Shown here: positions 39,790 to 50,342 of the stretch, piece after piece
Layout of the letters: each line of letters starts with the position of its first letter
Position numbering within the stretch: position 1 is the first letter of the stretch
Virus record (IMG/VR): IMGVR_UViG_3300042359_000853
Location: 1 to 64,000 of that record
Length of the DNA: 64,000 nt
Reading direction: 5' to 3' (one strand)
The notes under the pieces: generated by a model
What the model was told of the DNA's origin: nothing
The model's input: only the letters and a program-made list of their open reading frames with translations
Database searches by the model: none
Translations under genes and position numbers: made by a program

Positions 39790-40526
39790 ACTATACTAAG
39801 TAATATTTTTTCAACAAAATCTTTCATATCTTGAGTAGATATTTTATCTAAACTATCTTCCATCTGGTGACAATTGAATAACATCTTGAAATCAAGATAT
39901 TTACCGTCCTTTGTTTGTATTTGAGACGTTCCAGTTTCAAGAACCGGAAGAGGATTTATTACACAAGAATCAATACCATTTCTTCTAAATATAACACTAT
40001 CATTAAAAGGTGTTCTAACAACTGGTGGATCGAAAGTCTCTATTATTTTTGAGCTAAGACCACCTGGATATTCACCAATAAAGAAGTTGGTTCCACCACG
40101 ACCGGTAAGCTCGAGATTGAGTATCCAATCACATGGTCCTAAATCGCCATCTTGTATTTTCTGAGAAAGTCTTTGAGCTCCGAGTCCGCCGATTTCTTCT
40201 GCGTCGGTAAAACAAATGTTCAGATCGGGTCTATGAAGTTTTAGTGCTATAAGATTTATAACTGAACAAGAGTTATCGTTAGCATTGTGACTATTCGGAT
40301 TAACGATATCGTGATGAGCCACACACCAATGAGAACTCGAACCAGGTAGAATGATATTGAAGAGTGGAATATTTCTGTCCTTAAACTTGTCAACTTTATA
40401 GGTTATACCTAAACTTTTGAGTAGATCCAATATAAAAGAAACTCTTGGAGATCCTTCATCGGTATTACTTAAACAATTCCCTAAGTTCTTAACTGAGCAG
40501 AATTGGTATATTTTTTGATAGATCAC
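39786..40526 (-). CDS. M28-family zinc peptidase
   Basis: AHHD, ANDNSCSV, DAEEIG, LNLELTG, C-terminal His. Confidence 0.8.
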   Translation of the reverse strand: MIYQKIYQFCSVKNLGNCLSNTDEGSPRVSFILDLLKSLGITYKVDKFKDRNIPLFNIILPGSSSHWCVAHHDIVNPNSHNANDNSCSVINLIALKLHRPDLNICFTDAEEIGGLGAQRLSQKIQDGDLGPCDWILNLELTGRGGTNFFIGEYPGGLSSKIIETFDPPVVRTPFNDSVIFRRNGIDSCVINPLPVLETGTSQIQTKDGKYLDFKMLFNCHQMEDSLDKISTQDMKDFVEKILLSIV

Positions 40527-40562
40527 TTTGTAAAATATTTTAACTTATATATTAAATAATTT

Positions 40563-41585
40563 ATGTCTAAAGATTACTATGGAATACTAGGTGTTGATAG
40601 AGGAGCATCGAGTGAAGAAATAAAAAAAGCATACCGTAAAAAAGCACTCGAGCACCATCCAGACAAAGGAGGAGATGAAAATAAGTTCAAAGAGGCCTCT
40701 GAAGCCTATGAAGTTCTCTCTGATAGTGATAAAAGAAGTAGATACGATAGGTTTGGAACCGCAGAACCAGGTCATGGTGGGGGTTTTAATCCAAATGATT
40801 TCTTCTCTGGTTTTGGTGATATATTTGGTGATATGTTCGGAAGAAGACCCGGCGCACAAAGAAGAGGTCAAGATATCCGTGTTCAAATTCAACTTAATAT
40901 TTTAGACATTTTGACAGGTGTAAGAAAAAAAATCCGATACAATCGAAACGCCAAGTGTGAACCGTGTCAAGGTCAAGGTGGTCAAAATTTTCAGGCTTGT
41001 TCTTTCTGTGGAGGAAGTGGTCAAAAAATAACTATCGCGAATACCCCGTTTGGGAGAGTTCAACAATCAGTTACTTGCCCGACATGCAGTGGGAGAGGCC
41101 AACAAATAAAAGATAAATGTCGAAGTTGCTCCGGATCAGGAGTAAAATCAGTCGAAGAGGTTGTAGAAGTTGATATTCCACCAGGAGCAGTGGGTGGTAT
41201 GCAAATGGCAGTTCCCGGTAAAGGACACGCAGTTCAAGCTGGAGTAGAAGGAGATCTTCATGTTTTAATCCAAGAGTTAGAGCATGAAACCTATAAAAGA
41301 GACGGACATAATATCAATATTGATTATTGGTTAGATATTCACCAAGCAGTTTTGGGTTCTCGAATTCAAGTGGAAACCCCACAAAAAAATATAGAACTTT
41401 ACATTCCATCAGGAACCGAATGGGGTAAAGTATTTACCTATCAATCTCTCGGGGTTCCCGTGATTGACGGTCACGGACATCAGAGAGGCCGAGGGGATCT
41501 TAAGATTATTATTAAAATAAAAATACCAAAAATTTTATCAGGGGAGCAGCGAGAAATATTTGAGAAATTGAAAGAAGTTTCTTAA
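40563..41585 (+). CDS. dnaJ: Chaperone DnaJ (class A)
   Basis: J-domain with HPD, G/F region, four CxxCxGxG motifs, C-terminal GDL domains. Confidence 0.97.
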   Translation: MSKDYYGILGVDRGASSEEIKKAYRKKALEHHPDKGGDENKFKEASEAYEVLSDSDKRSRYDRFGTAEPGHGGGFNPNDFFSGFGDIFGDMFGRRPGAQRRGQDIRVQIQLNILDILTGVRKKIRYNRNAKCEPCQGQGGQNFQACSFCGGSGQKITIANTPFGRVQQSVTCPTCSGRGQQIKDKCRSCSGSGVKSVEEVVEVDIPPGAVGGMQMAVPGKGHAVQAGVEGDLHVLIQELEHETYKRDGHNINIDYWLDIHQAVLGSRIQVETPQKNIELYIPSGTEWGKVFTYQSLGVPVIDGHGHQRGRGDLKIIIKIKIPKILSGEQREIFEKLKEVS

Positions 41586-41629
41586 CTTAGCGATCTAAAA
41601 AAAAACCAAAACTATATAAAAAAAACTTT

Positions 41630-41935
41630 ATGAAATACGAACTCAAACTGAGCTATGATAGTCAAGAACTTCTTATCGAGTCTATCCAAAAAACCTATTT
41701 CGAATTCGGTGATAGAGGAAAAATGCTCAAAAGAAAGGTAAAGCTTCCAATTGAAAAGGATTCAGCCAATTGGATAGTTCTCAAAGGTCTAAATAATATG
41801 ACCTGTAAAATTGAAAATCAAGAACTTATCGACGGCACATTACGGTGTTCTATCGAAGAGATTGATGAAGAAATTAATCTAATACCTTGCTCTATCTACT
41901 GCATTCGTGAAGGTGAAAGGTATTCATTCTATTAA
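41630..41935 (+). CDS. Hypothetical protein
   Basis: 101 aa ORF. Confidence 0.65.
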   Translation: MKYELKLSYDSQELLIESIQKTYFEFGDRGKMLKRKVKLPIEKDSANWIVLKGLNNMTCKIENQELIDGTLRCSIEEIDEEINLIPCSIYCIREGERYSFY

Positions 41936-41948
41936 AAAAACAAAAACC

Positions 41949-42161
41949 ATGACAATTCTAACATTTAACACCAAAGAACACACCCTAAAAGTTACTTCTG
42001 AATTTCCAGAAATTTCAGGAAGTTACACCGATATAACTACTATTAGTTTACCATCAGGTCATCATTTTTACGAAGTTTATCAAGAAAATGACATGGCAAG
42101 AAGAGTTCCTATCTTTAGATTTCCGATAAAAGACACGATTATCAAGTATATTCACTCTTGA
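41949..42161 (+). CDS. Small hypothetical protein
   Basis: Start refined to MTILTF. Confidence 0.6.
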   Translation: MTILTFNTKEHTLKVTSEFPEISGSYTDITTISLPSGHHFYEVYQENDMARRVPIFRFPIKDTIIKYIHS

Positions 42162-42167
42162 TTAGGG

Positions 42168-42929
42168 TTATCTTTTTACCATAAAGAAGAAGGCACCTTG
42201 TGACATACCTTTAATGTCTTCTTCTACTTCCTTCATTTCTTCTTTACCTTGTTGAACAAGATCTGCGTTATTTATAGTTACACCACCAGGTAACTGCATA
42301 CTATATCTACCGGTAAGATTACCCATTTGCCATTTAGACCAAGCTGTAACATACTTAATAAAGTAAGGATCAGTAAAAAGATCTTCATCTGGGATATTTA
42401 CATAACACTCTAAGATAAGATGGTATTTAACATTTGTTAAAACATTAAACCGATGTGTTCTATAGTTGAAGTGAAACTTCGTTGTATAAAGGTTAAGCTG
42501 GTTCATCATATCTGAAAGATTATCAATCAGCGTTTTATAAACACCAAGCTCTCCAATAGTTGTGACATACGAAGAGAGATAAGGTTGATTGGTAACGCCT
42601 AGATTTACACTCAAGTTAGGAGTATTGATACCTAATTGTAGAAGTGAATCACCACGCATTTGATAAACATACGAAATAGATTGAATCTCACAAGGTAGTT
42701 CGATGTGTCTGTATTTAGTGTATTCGTCTGTGGTAAAAGCTGTTTTATCTACGAAATAATATTGTTTAGACACAGCGTATTGATAATTTTGATAGAACCA
42801 CTCTTTTGCTCTTGTTTCTATGAATCTTCTGATCTCAGTATCAGGTAAAACTTTCGGTAGTGAACAACCGATCGTTATATCATTCTGCACGAAATCTATG
42901 AGTTCTTCTATGCTGTATCCTACGGCCAT
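42168..42929 (-). CDS. T4 gp13-like neck (head completion) protein
   Basis: KWQMGNL..MQLPGGVTIN..QGKEEM..VEEDI..FFM. Confidence 0.7.
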   Translation of the reverse strand: MAVGYSIEELIDFVQNDITIGCSLPKVLPDTEIRRFIETRAKEWFYQNYQYAVSKQYYFVDKTAFTTDEYTKYRHIELPCEIQSISYVYQMRGDSLLQLGINTPNLSVNLGVTNQPYLSSYVTTIGELGVYKTLIDNLSDMMNQLNLYTTKFHFNYRTHRFNVLTNVKYHLILECYVNIPDEDLFTDPYFIKYVTAWSKWQMGNLTGRYSMQLPGGVTINNADLVQQGKEEMKEVEEDIKGMSQGAFFFMVKR

Positions 42930-43080
42930 GTTAGTTTTTTTTGGATATATATTAAAAATTTAACTACTTAAATATGAACTACACAGAAGTCCTTATTTTC
43001 TTTTTTCAATTTGACAAAAAAGAATCCAAAAAGTTGAAAAATGAAAAAAAAAATTTAATATATAAAAAAAAATATAAATA

Positions 43081-43641
43081 ATGAAACACTTAAAAAAATT
43101 TAATAATCTAATCAAAGAAGATTTAGCTAAATTCAATCCTAACATTGAGGAAACTTACGAAGGTTTTTTTTCTAAATGTATGGAATTAAATACTATCATT
43201 CAACAACACGGAGGAGTAATTAATAGATATTTTGAATTAATAGAAAAGATCCAAGATTGGGATAGTATGTATTCTCCGAACATTTCTATTTCAGAGGTCA
43301 ATAACCCTAGCATGGGCCATGTCTACATGGGAAAAATGCGGATTCCGGTATACTTTGCAAAAAGTTTAGGAGGAAATCGTAAGGTGAAAGATGTTAATGT
43401 AATAACTTTCGTAGTATGCAAGTATAAAGACTATCCTGGCCCAGAATACAAAAATGAAAGAAGAAAATTAGGAGTACAAAAAGCACTAGAACAACTAAAA
43501 AAGGTATATCCTGATAGATTTCCTGATAGTTTACCAGGACGCATTTCAGTAGGTGGTGTAACTGTTGAGGATCCAGTAGAGACACTTGCTAATTTAGTAG
43601 AAAAAATAAAAGTTTTTCAAGAAAACCTAGGCAACCTGTAA
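43081..43641 (+). CDS. Hypothetical protein with N-terminal MKHLKKFNNLIKE peptide
   Basis: 186 aa; ATATATA and TATAAATA upstream. Confidence 0.75.
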   Translation: MKHLKKFNNLIKEDLAKFNPNIEETYEGFFSKCMELNTIIQQHGGVINRYFELIEKIQDWDSMYSPNISISEVNNPSMGHVYMGKMRIPVYFAKSLGGNRKVKDVNVITFVVCKYKDYPGPEYKNERRKLGVQKALEQLKKVYPDRFPDSLPGRISVGGVTVEDPVETLANLVEKIKVFQENLGNL

Positions 43642-43746
43642 AATCCTACTTAAGAAAATATTGAACTATTTTTTGGCAAATAACTTTTTGATCCTAAAAA
43701 GTCTAACTATTTGAATTTTTTATGAAGATATTAAAAATTAAACTAG

Positions 43747-44859
43747 TTAAATATAGATAGTATAGAATGATTCTCCTGACATGTGGTTAAATGTAAAAAA
43801 AAGTGACAAACTATAAATGGTCTTCTCAGCCTCTTGTGCATCTAAATTTTTATGCAAAACATATAAATTGATAGAAAAATTAGAATGTTGAGATTTTATT
43901 TTAGTAATAAGATTTGGTAATTCTGTTAGGATATCCTGACTGATATTAATTACTATATCGTTATAAGTTAAATTTGTGTCGTAATCAAAAAATAAATTAT
44001 GAAACCAAAAAAGTTCTTTCAATAACATTCTTTTATATGGTGTCAATTCACTAGATATAAAAAGAATATTATTTCTACTCTTCGACAGATTGGATCCACA
44101 AAGATAAAAACACCTTGTTAAATCATAAATTGGAAAATAATTGGGAAGTAATGAACATTTATTTGGATTTTTTAGATCTGGAAATTTATTTTCGATTCTT
44201 AGTCTTTCTTCTTCATTTTTAACCAATTGTTCATTTGTTATTGTTTGTTTGGACCAACTATCTTGGCTTATGTAATAATCACCAAGTGTTAGTGGTAGAA
44301 GAAACCACTTACCCACGAACTCAATATGTCTAACTACATTAGTATCAATGTAGAAACTATCCATTGAACCATCATCGAATTCAGGTAATATATTTCTAAA
44401 AGCCCTGAAGTCAGGTCTTGTATCGAATGTTGGTGAACTAGAGCAATTACAATTTATATAAAGATATGGGTAAGGTGATAAAAATGTGTTTTCATTGTTT
44501 AATTCTCTTGTGTAACATGAAATCCCAGTCACTTGGGGGTATTTTCCAAAAAAATGCGCGTAAGTTTCCAATAATGATGGATATGCATAATCATCACTAT
44601 CAAAAGTCACACATATGTCACCACTACTACCTCTTTGTGGATTATAAAGACACTCTTTTTTCCTAGATTGTCTGAAGTATTTTACTCTAGGATCTTTTAT
44701 TGATAATTCTATCAATTTATCCTCTGCACTATCAAATTCTGAAAAATCATCAGTCACTATCCATTCCCAATTTTTGTAAGTTTGATCTAATATTTGCTCA
44801 TATATTTTTTCAACTCTATGACCACGGTTATAGAATTGTGTATTAATAGAAAACTTCAT
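43747..44859 (-). CDS. GT2-family glycosyltransferase
   Basis: FSINTQFYN..NWEWIVTDDFS..FDSDD. Confidence 0.8.
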   Translation of the reverse strand: MKFSINTQFYNRGHRVEKIYEQILDQTYKNWEWIVTDDFSEFDSAEDKLIELSIKDPRVKYFRQSRKKECLYNPQRGSSGDICVTFDSDDYAYPSLLETYAHFFGKYPQVTGISCYTRELNNENTFLSPYPYLYINCNCSSSPTFDTRPDFRAFRNILPEFDDGSMDSFYIDTNVVRHIEFVGKWFLLPLTLGDYYISQDSWSKQTITNEQLVKNEEERLRIENKFPDLKNPNKCSLLPNYFPIYDLTRCFYLCGSNLSKSRNNILFISSELTPYKRMLLKELFWFHNLFFDYDTNLTYNDIVINISQDILTELPNLITKIKSQHSNFSINLYVLHKNLDAQEAEKTIYSLSLFFTFNHMSGESFYTIYI

Positions 44860-46622
44860 AATATTATTTTATGTTTTTTTTTAAAGTAAGTTTTTACAAA
44901 CTTCATTTGTCCAAGATCCCATATTCTAAGAGCTCCAAACTCCCCGAAAACTATCTGATGTTCAGATAAATCTCTATTGTATCCCATTTTTACTAATTTT
45001 TGTTTGGTAAATTTTTGTTTATTTTGTCTTCTACCATCAAGTAGGTAACTAAAATTTGGACCGGTTATAGAATCCAAATTGAATCCCAGTCTGTAATATA
45101 GTGTTCCTAGTGACCATGATCTATCACTAAAAGATACCAAAAGTTTAGGACTATATTCTCTCTCGAAATGGGTAAGTAGTTTAGATGCTGCTCCTGGTAT
45201 GGTTGTATCTAAAATATTACAAAACCTAGAAAGATTCCATTCATCATCTTTCATCCTTTTTCTGCCAGAAAAATGATCAAAAGTCATTAAGCTAACTAGT
45301 TGATCCCCGTAATAAAGACCAAGTCTTAAACTAGAAGATGTGTATCCTTGAATGTGATTTTTATCTAAAAAATCTCTGTATTCACTTACAGAATCTACTT
45401 TTTTTACCCTACATTTTCTAGCACTTATGCGAGTAGTAGAAACTCGAATCCAGTTTTTGATTTGACTTTTGATGATATCTTTTTTTAGTGACCAATCATC
45501 TTCCCAAATCTGGATTATTCTGATTCTCTTTTTAGAAAAAAACTCAAGTTTATCTAAATGATAAGATTTATTTTTGTAAATCTCTGAGTGCCAGTAAAGA
45601 CCGTTATATTCGAATCCAATAGATAGTGAAGGAAGATACATATCAATTTCAAGACCATCACGGTAGTTTAAGATAACTTCGCCACTATAAATAGATTTTA
45701 TGTAGTTGAAAATTTCTATTTGACTAGTAGATGAAATATTATTTAAGGGGTTACAAATAAGACATTTTGGTGAATTTATTCTCGTTCTAGCGCCATACAG
45801 ATGTGTATGTATTTGGTAGTTGTGATCTTTACCAAGATCACATTTTAAGAAGTATGTTCTATTTCCTAGATATTCAATAAAATTTGGATCCTGACCAATA
45901 GTTGAATTTATTTCTCCCTTTCGCCATTTTTCTAAAATACCATCTTTGTATTTTTGTGATTGAGTGTAGTTTTCAACACCCCAATTTCTTTTAGTAGTTT
46001 CTATGGCTTTTCTATTCAACACTTCGGATTTTCTTGGACTATCTACTCCGAATTTCTGGATAAGTGTCTCTTTAATCTTTTTCTTTACCTCTTCAGATCT
46101 AAATGGATTATCAACACCTAAGTTTTTTTGTAAAGTTTCTACTTTTTTTTTCTTGACCTCGTCTATTTGTGATACGTTTTCAACTCCGTATTTATCTAGA
46201 AGAGTTTCTCTAATTTTCTTAGAGATTTGATCTTTATCTAAAGATCTTAAAGAATCCATCAATTTTAGACGAACATCTGGATGCAACGAAGGATTTTTAT
46301 ATCCCCATTTTTCTAAACTATTTCGTCTAAAAATTTCTAACTTTTGGTCTATTAAATCTTTGTTTCCATTCGAGCAAAGTTTCGAGCAGAAATCCCGGTA
46401 TCCTCTTTTTAGAGATAAGAATTCAGTTCTACTATCACAGGTTTTACAAAAACCTCTTGGTCTTTTCAACAAATAAATCTTTTCTGAAAGTGTATCACCT
46501 TCAACTTTTTCGAGATATTCATATAAAGATGGATAATTTTTCTTGACCCAAGAAGATTTTACACTACCAAGTAATAGTTTGTTTTCTATAGTCTCTAGAT
46601 CTTTTTCGATATTATTTTCCAT
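44856..46622 (-). CDS. Free-standing homing-endonuclease-like protein with Zn fingers, repeats, nuclease and GNAT-like C-terminus
   Basis: CKTC..FCSKLC; five (Y/W/L/F)GVxN-type repeats; EIDMYLP..FEYNGLYWH..IWEDDW; FLDKNHIQG..LSRFC..GAASKLL. Confidence 0.7.
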   Translation of the reverse strand: MENNIEKDLETIENKLLLGSVKSSWVKKNYPSLYEYLEKVEGDTLSEKIYLLKRPRGFCKTCDSRTEFLSLKRGYRDFCSKLCSNGNKDLIDQKLEIFRRNSLEKWGYKNPSLHPDVRLKLMDSLRSLDKDQISKKIRETLLDKYGVENVSQIDEVKKKKVETLQKNLGVDNPFRSEEVKKKIKETLIQKFGVDSPRKSEVLNRKAIETTKRNWGVENYTQSQKYKDGILEKWRKGEINSTIGQDPNFIEYLGNRTYFLKCDLGKDHNYQIHTHLYGARTRINSPKCLICNPLNNISSTSQIEIFNYIKSIYSGEVILNYRDGLEIDMYLPSLSIGFEYNGLYWHSEIYKNKSYHLDKLEFFSKKRIRIIQIWEDDWSLKKDIIKSQIKNWIRVSTTRISARKCRVKKVDSVSEYRDFLDKNHIQGYTSSSLRLGLYYGDQLVSLMTFDHFSGRKRMKDDEWNLSRFCNILDTTIPGAASKLLTHFEREYSPKLLVSFSDRSWSLGTLYYRLGFNLDSITGPNFSYLLDGRRQNKQKFTKQKLVKMGYNRDLSEHQIVFGEFGALRIWDLGQMKFVKTYFKKKHKIIL

Positions 46623-46742
46623 AATCTATATATAATCTTTATTATCACAACCTACAAAAAAGTTCAGAAAAAAAACTCTCAAAACTTCGCTTTGTGAACC
46701 AACCATTCCGAGAAAAATCATATATAGATAAAAATAAAATTT

Positions 46743-47708
46743 ATGGAACAAGAACATATATTACAGGAAAACTCGGATAGATTCGTGCTTTTTCCAGTTA
46801 AATATCACGACATTTGGGAAATGTATAAAAAAGCAGAACATTCTTTTTGGACAGCCGAAGAGATTGATCTAGCACAAGACTTGACAGATTGGAATGAAAG
46901 GTTGAATAGTGATGAAAGATTTTACATAAAGAATGTGTTGGCTTTTTTTGCTGCTAGTGATGGGATAGTGAACGAGAACCTCGCAGAGAACTTCCTAAAA
47001 GAAGTCCAATACCCAGAAGCTCGTTGTTTTTATGGATTTCAAATAGCAATTGAGAATGTTCATGCTGAGACCTATTCTCTTCTTATTGATACCTACATCA
47101 AAGATCTTGCAGAAAGAGAAAAACTATTCAAGGCTATGGACAATATTCCTTCAGTAAAAAAGAAAGCCGATTGGGCACTTAAATGGATTCAGTCCGATTC
47201 ATTTGCTGAAAGATTGATAGCCTTCGCGGCAGTTGAAGGTATTTTCTTTTCTGGATCTTTTTGTTCTATTTTCTGGCTCAAGAAAAGAGGTTTGATGCCA
47301 GGTTTGTCATTCTCAAATGAACTTATTTCAAGAGATGAGGGCCTACACTGCAGTTTTGCTACTCTTCTTTATACGAAATATGTAAAGAACAAACTTTCTC
47401 CAGACAGGATCAGAGAGATTATCTGTGACGCGGTTGAGATAGAAAAAGAATTTGTAGAAGATTCTCTACCGGTCTCTCTTATCGGTATGAACTCAAAACT
47501 AATGAAGCAGTATATCGAGTTTGTAGCAGATTATTGGTTAGTTGAACTAGGATGTCCCAAAGCCTATGGTTCAGAGAATCCATTTGATTTCATGGATATG
47601 TTATCACTTCAAGGTAAGACTAATTTCTTTGAGGCCAGAGTTTCAGAATACAAAAAACCCTCTGATAGAAATATCGACTATGAAAATCTAGATGTAGTAG
47701 ATTTCTAA
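46743..47708 (+). CDS. nrdB: Ribonucleotide reductase class Ia beta subunit
   Basis: [52 protein letters not shown]. Confidence 0.97.
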   Translation: MEQEHILQENSDRFVLFPVKYHDIWEMYKKAEHSFWTAEEIDLAQDLTDWNERLNSDERFYIKNVLAFFAASDGIVNENLAENFLKEVQYPEARCFYGFQIAIENVHAETYSLLIDTYIKDLAEREKLFKAMDNIPSVKKKADWALKWIQSDSFAERLIAFAAVEGIFFSGSFCSIFWLKKRGLMPGLSFSNELISRDEGLHCSFATLLYTKYVKNKLSPDRIREIICDAVEIEKEFVEDSLPVSLIGMNSKLMKQYIEFVADYWLVELGCPKAYGSENPFDFMDMLSLQGKTNFFEARVSEYKKPSDRNIDYENLDVVDF

Positions 47709-47712
47709 AAAG

Positions 47713-47742
47713 AAAAAACCGAGATTTATTCTCGGTTTTTTT
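47713..47742 (+). terminator. Intrinsic terminator after nrdB
   Basis: aaaaaaccgaga-tttat-tctcggtttttt. Confidence 0.85.
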
Positions 47743-47831
47743 GTATAAATATTTGTGGTCGTGTTGAGGTTTTATCAAATTTTTTGTCTATATTTGTACA
47801 AACAAGTTACCAACAACATCATAAAAAAACT

Positions 47832-48620
47832 ATGAAAAGAATTCATAAAGCTCAACTTGATAAATTTTACACTAAATCCGAGGTAGTAGATAAAATTCTA
47901 ACCCATTTGAATTTAGATGAATTTGATTTGGTAATCGAACCATCAGCGGGCGCCGGAGCTTTTTCAGAAAAGTTGGAAAGATATCCACATCTTTTTATGG
48001 ATATATTACCAGAAGGTGAAGGTATTATACAACAAGATTGGCTTGAATGGAAACCAGTTGAAACTTATGAAAATATCTTAGTAGTCGGAAACCCACCTTT
48101 CGGTAGACAATCGTCTCTGGCAAAAAAATTCATTAAAAAAGCAGCTCTTCTTGGCGCAGGTAAAATTGCTTTTATTCTACCCAAATCATTCAAAAAAGAC
48201 TCAACACAACGATCAATACCTAAAAACTACCATTTAGAGCTCTCTATCGATCTAGAGAAAGATAGTTTTTTAGTAGACGGCAATTCATATGATGTTCCGT
48301 CGGTTTTTCAGATATGGACCTTAAGACAAGAAGAAAGACTTTCACCAATAGAAACTAGAACTTCATCTCTATTTACCTTTACTAAAAAAGAAGATAGTCC
48401 AGATTTTGCGGTAAGGCGCGTTGGTTTCTACGCTGGTAGGCCTAATTGGAACTTCTCTGAACTATCTAAAGAAAGTCACTATTTCTTGAAGTGCTCTGAT
48501 CGGATAAATGCTCAGGATCTATTTACAAAAATATCTGATATAAAGTGGGAACACGATAATACTTCTGGACCACGAAGTATCTCAAAAGTAGAACTTATTG
48601 AGAAAATTAATTCTTTGTAG
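47832..48620 (+). CDS. Amino (N6-adenine-type) DNA methyltransferase
   Basis: IEPSAGAGAF (motif I) then GNPPFG (motif IV); start refined to MKRIHK; TATATTTG at 47789..47796. Confidence 0.85.
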   Translation: MKRIHKAQLDKFYTKSEVVDKILTHLNLDEFDLVIEPSAGAGAFSEKLERYPHLFMDILPEGEGIIQQDWLEWKPVETYENILVVGNPPFGRQSSLAKKFIKKAALLGAGKIAFILPKSFKKDSTQRSIPKNYHLELSIDLEKDSFLVDGNSYDVPSVFQIWTLRQEERLSPIETRTSSLFTFTKKEDSPDFAVRRVGFYAGRPNWNFSELSKESHYFLKCSDRINAQDLFTKISDIKWEHDNTSGPRSISKVELIEKINSL

Positions 48621-48623
48621 ATT

Positions 48624-49256
48624 TCAAGAAACTTTTCTACGATTGGATTCGTAAATAGGATTGAAACTTTGTCCTCTGAAAAAAGCAGTTGAATAACGAC
48701 TGACTAAACAATTCGGGAAAAATTCAATAAGTTTATCAATATCAGGTATCGAACATTGAACCCTTCTCTGGTCTTTCGAATCAACTTTAGGATTGATTAT
48801 AATACCCATATCTTTTGTTTTTTGTAGATTTTTTTTCATGGATTTGTAGAGATCCGAAGTTGATTTTGAACATCTACCTTTAGGGATAGATTTAATCAAC
48901 TCTACGTATTGGATTAGTTCTTCTCTGGTGAGACTTCCGAAAAAATAATCTCTTAGTTGAGGGGTGAAATTGATTTCAATAACTTCTTCTACTCTTTTGT
49001 ATCCAGAGAATTGTTTGTATCTTACTATAACGAGTGTTTGTTTTTTATTAGTATCCAAATCCCAGATACGAAGAATATCACCCATACCGACGGATTTACC
49101 ACCAGTCGTTTTAACTGAGATATCTTCTTGAACAAGGGAAATATCATGCTTTGAGGTGTCATTACCAGAGGGTCCTAATCCAAAAATAGAACGAATCTGA
49201 TCCTCCCAGAAGTAACCGTGACCCTGACTTTGAGTATATACCGAGTTTGAAACCAT
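48624..49256 (-). CDS. Putative PD-(D/E)xK nuclease (restriction-endonuclease-like)
   Basis: HGYFWEDQI..KHDI..ISVKTTG; converges on the MTase with a 3-nt gap. Confidence 0.5.
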   Translation of the reverse strand: MVSNSVYTQSQGHGYFWEDQIRSIFGLGPSGNDTSKHDISLVQEDISVKTTGGKSVGMGDILRIWDLDTNKKQTLVIVRYKQFSGYKRVEEVIEINFTPQLRDYFFGSLTREELIQYVELIKSIPKGRCSKSTSDLYKSMKKNLQKTKDMGIIINPKVDSKDQRRVQCSIPDIDKLIEFFPNCLVSRYSTAFFRGQSFNPIYESNRRKVS

Positions 49257-49388
49257 ACAGTAAAGATAAGGAAAAAAATTCAATTTTCAACCATTCATTC
49301 CAAATTAATTATCCACTTTTTGTGGGTGTAATTACCAACTCATGGTTAGAAGGCTACAAATAATCTTTTCAATATAATATATAGAATT

Positions 49389-50000
49389 ATGAGATATATA
49401 CGAAATTATAAATTATTTGAGAATAGTAGTTCACTAACACAAGATCAAATAGATTTTTTAACAAGAAGCGCCAGTGGTCCTTGGTCAGTAGATCCAGAAA
49501 CAGGATTTATTGATGTTACGGGAGGTTTTAATTGTGATGATCAGAATCTTGACAATTTTTTGGGACTTAAATTCGGTAAGATTGGTGGACATTTCACTTG
49601 TAAAGGGAATAATCTTAGAACACTCGAGGGTTCTCCAGAAATAGTGTATTTGAGTTTTTGGTGTGAAGAAAATCCTTTAGTGTCTTTCGAAGGTGCCCCC
49701 AAAAGAATAGACGGTAATTTCATATTTGGAAATTATCACGATGTATATAACTTAAGTGGATTTTTAAGGTGGATCAAAAGAGAAAAACCAGGAGATGCCG
49801 AACTAATTCTAACCCATCACTTTTTCACACCAGAGGTTATTAAAAAACAAATAGACAAAGATTCCAACTTCTGCTATTATGTAAGTAAAGCCTGGAATAC
49901 ACCACCCTTTAAGAAAAAACAAGAAAAACTAGGGGAGATTTTACCCGAGAATATACTTCTCAAGATAGACGATCTATGGTCTATCGGTGGATATTTATAA
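49389..50000 (+). CDS. LRR-like repeat protein with N-terminal MRYIRNYKLFE peptide
   Basis: GGHFTCKGNNLRTLEGSPEIVYLSFWCEENPLVSFEGAP repeats. Confidence 0.7.
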   Translation: MRYIRNYKLFENSSSLTQDQIDFLTRSASGPWSVDPETGFIDVTGGFNCDDQNLDNFLGLKFGKIGGHFTCKGNNLRTLEGSPEIVYLSFWCEENPLVSFEGAPKRIDGNFIFGNYHDVYNLSGFLRWIKREKPGDAELILTHHFFTPEVIKKQIDKDSNFCYYVSKAWNTPPFKKKQEKLGEILPENILLKIDDLWSIGGYL

Positions 50001-50011
50001 TATATAAGATA

Positions 50012-50269
50012 ATGAAACATATAAAACTTTTCGAGTCTCTACCACAACAATCAACAGTTGATCAACTAAAAAAACTTAGAAAAATTATGAATGGAACCGA
50101 TGTGGGTGATAAAATATCAGATATGAACAAAGAAGGATCAAACATCATGTGGATTAGAAACCCAGTGGATACTGGTATTGAAAGCTATCAAGACTACCAG
50201 AAGAAAAGTAAAAAATTTAATCAAAACTGGAATTTAAAGCATATCAAACCTTTTTCTAGCGAAGATTAA
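50012..50269 (+). CDS. Small protein with N-terminal MKHIKLFES peptide
   Basis: Start refined; ATATATA 5 nt upstream. Confidence 0.7.
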   Translation: MKHIKLFESLPQQSTVDQLKKLRKIMNGTDVGDKISDMNKEGSNIMWIRNPVDTGIESYQDYQKKSKKFNQNWNLKHIKPFSSED

Positions 50270-50342
50270 ACTTTTTTTAGGTATAAAATATAACTCTTAA
50301 TCAATCAAAAAAGATTGATAAATAAAAAAAATAAAGGCAATT

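Noticed and set aside
49296-49345. Weak hairpins between the nuclease and LRR-like genes
   Set aside because: Short, bulged, AT-rich stems expected by chance; no U-tract or second copy.
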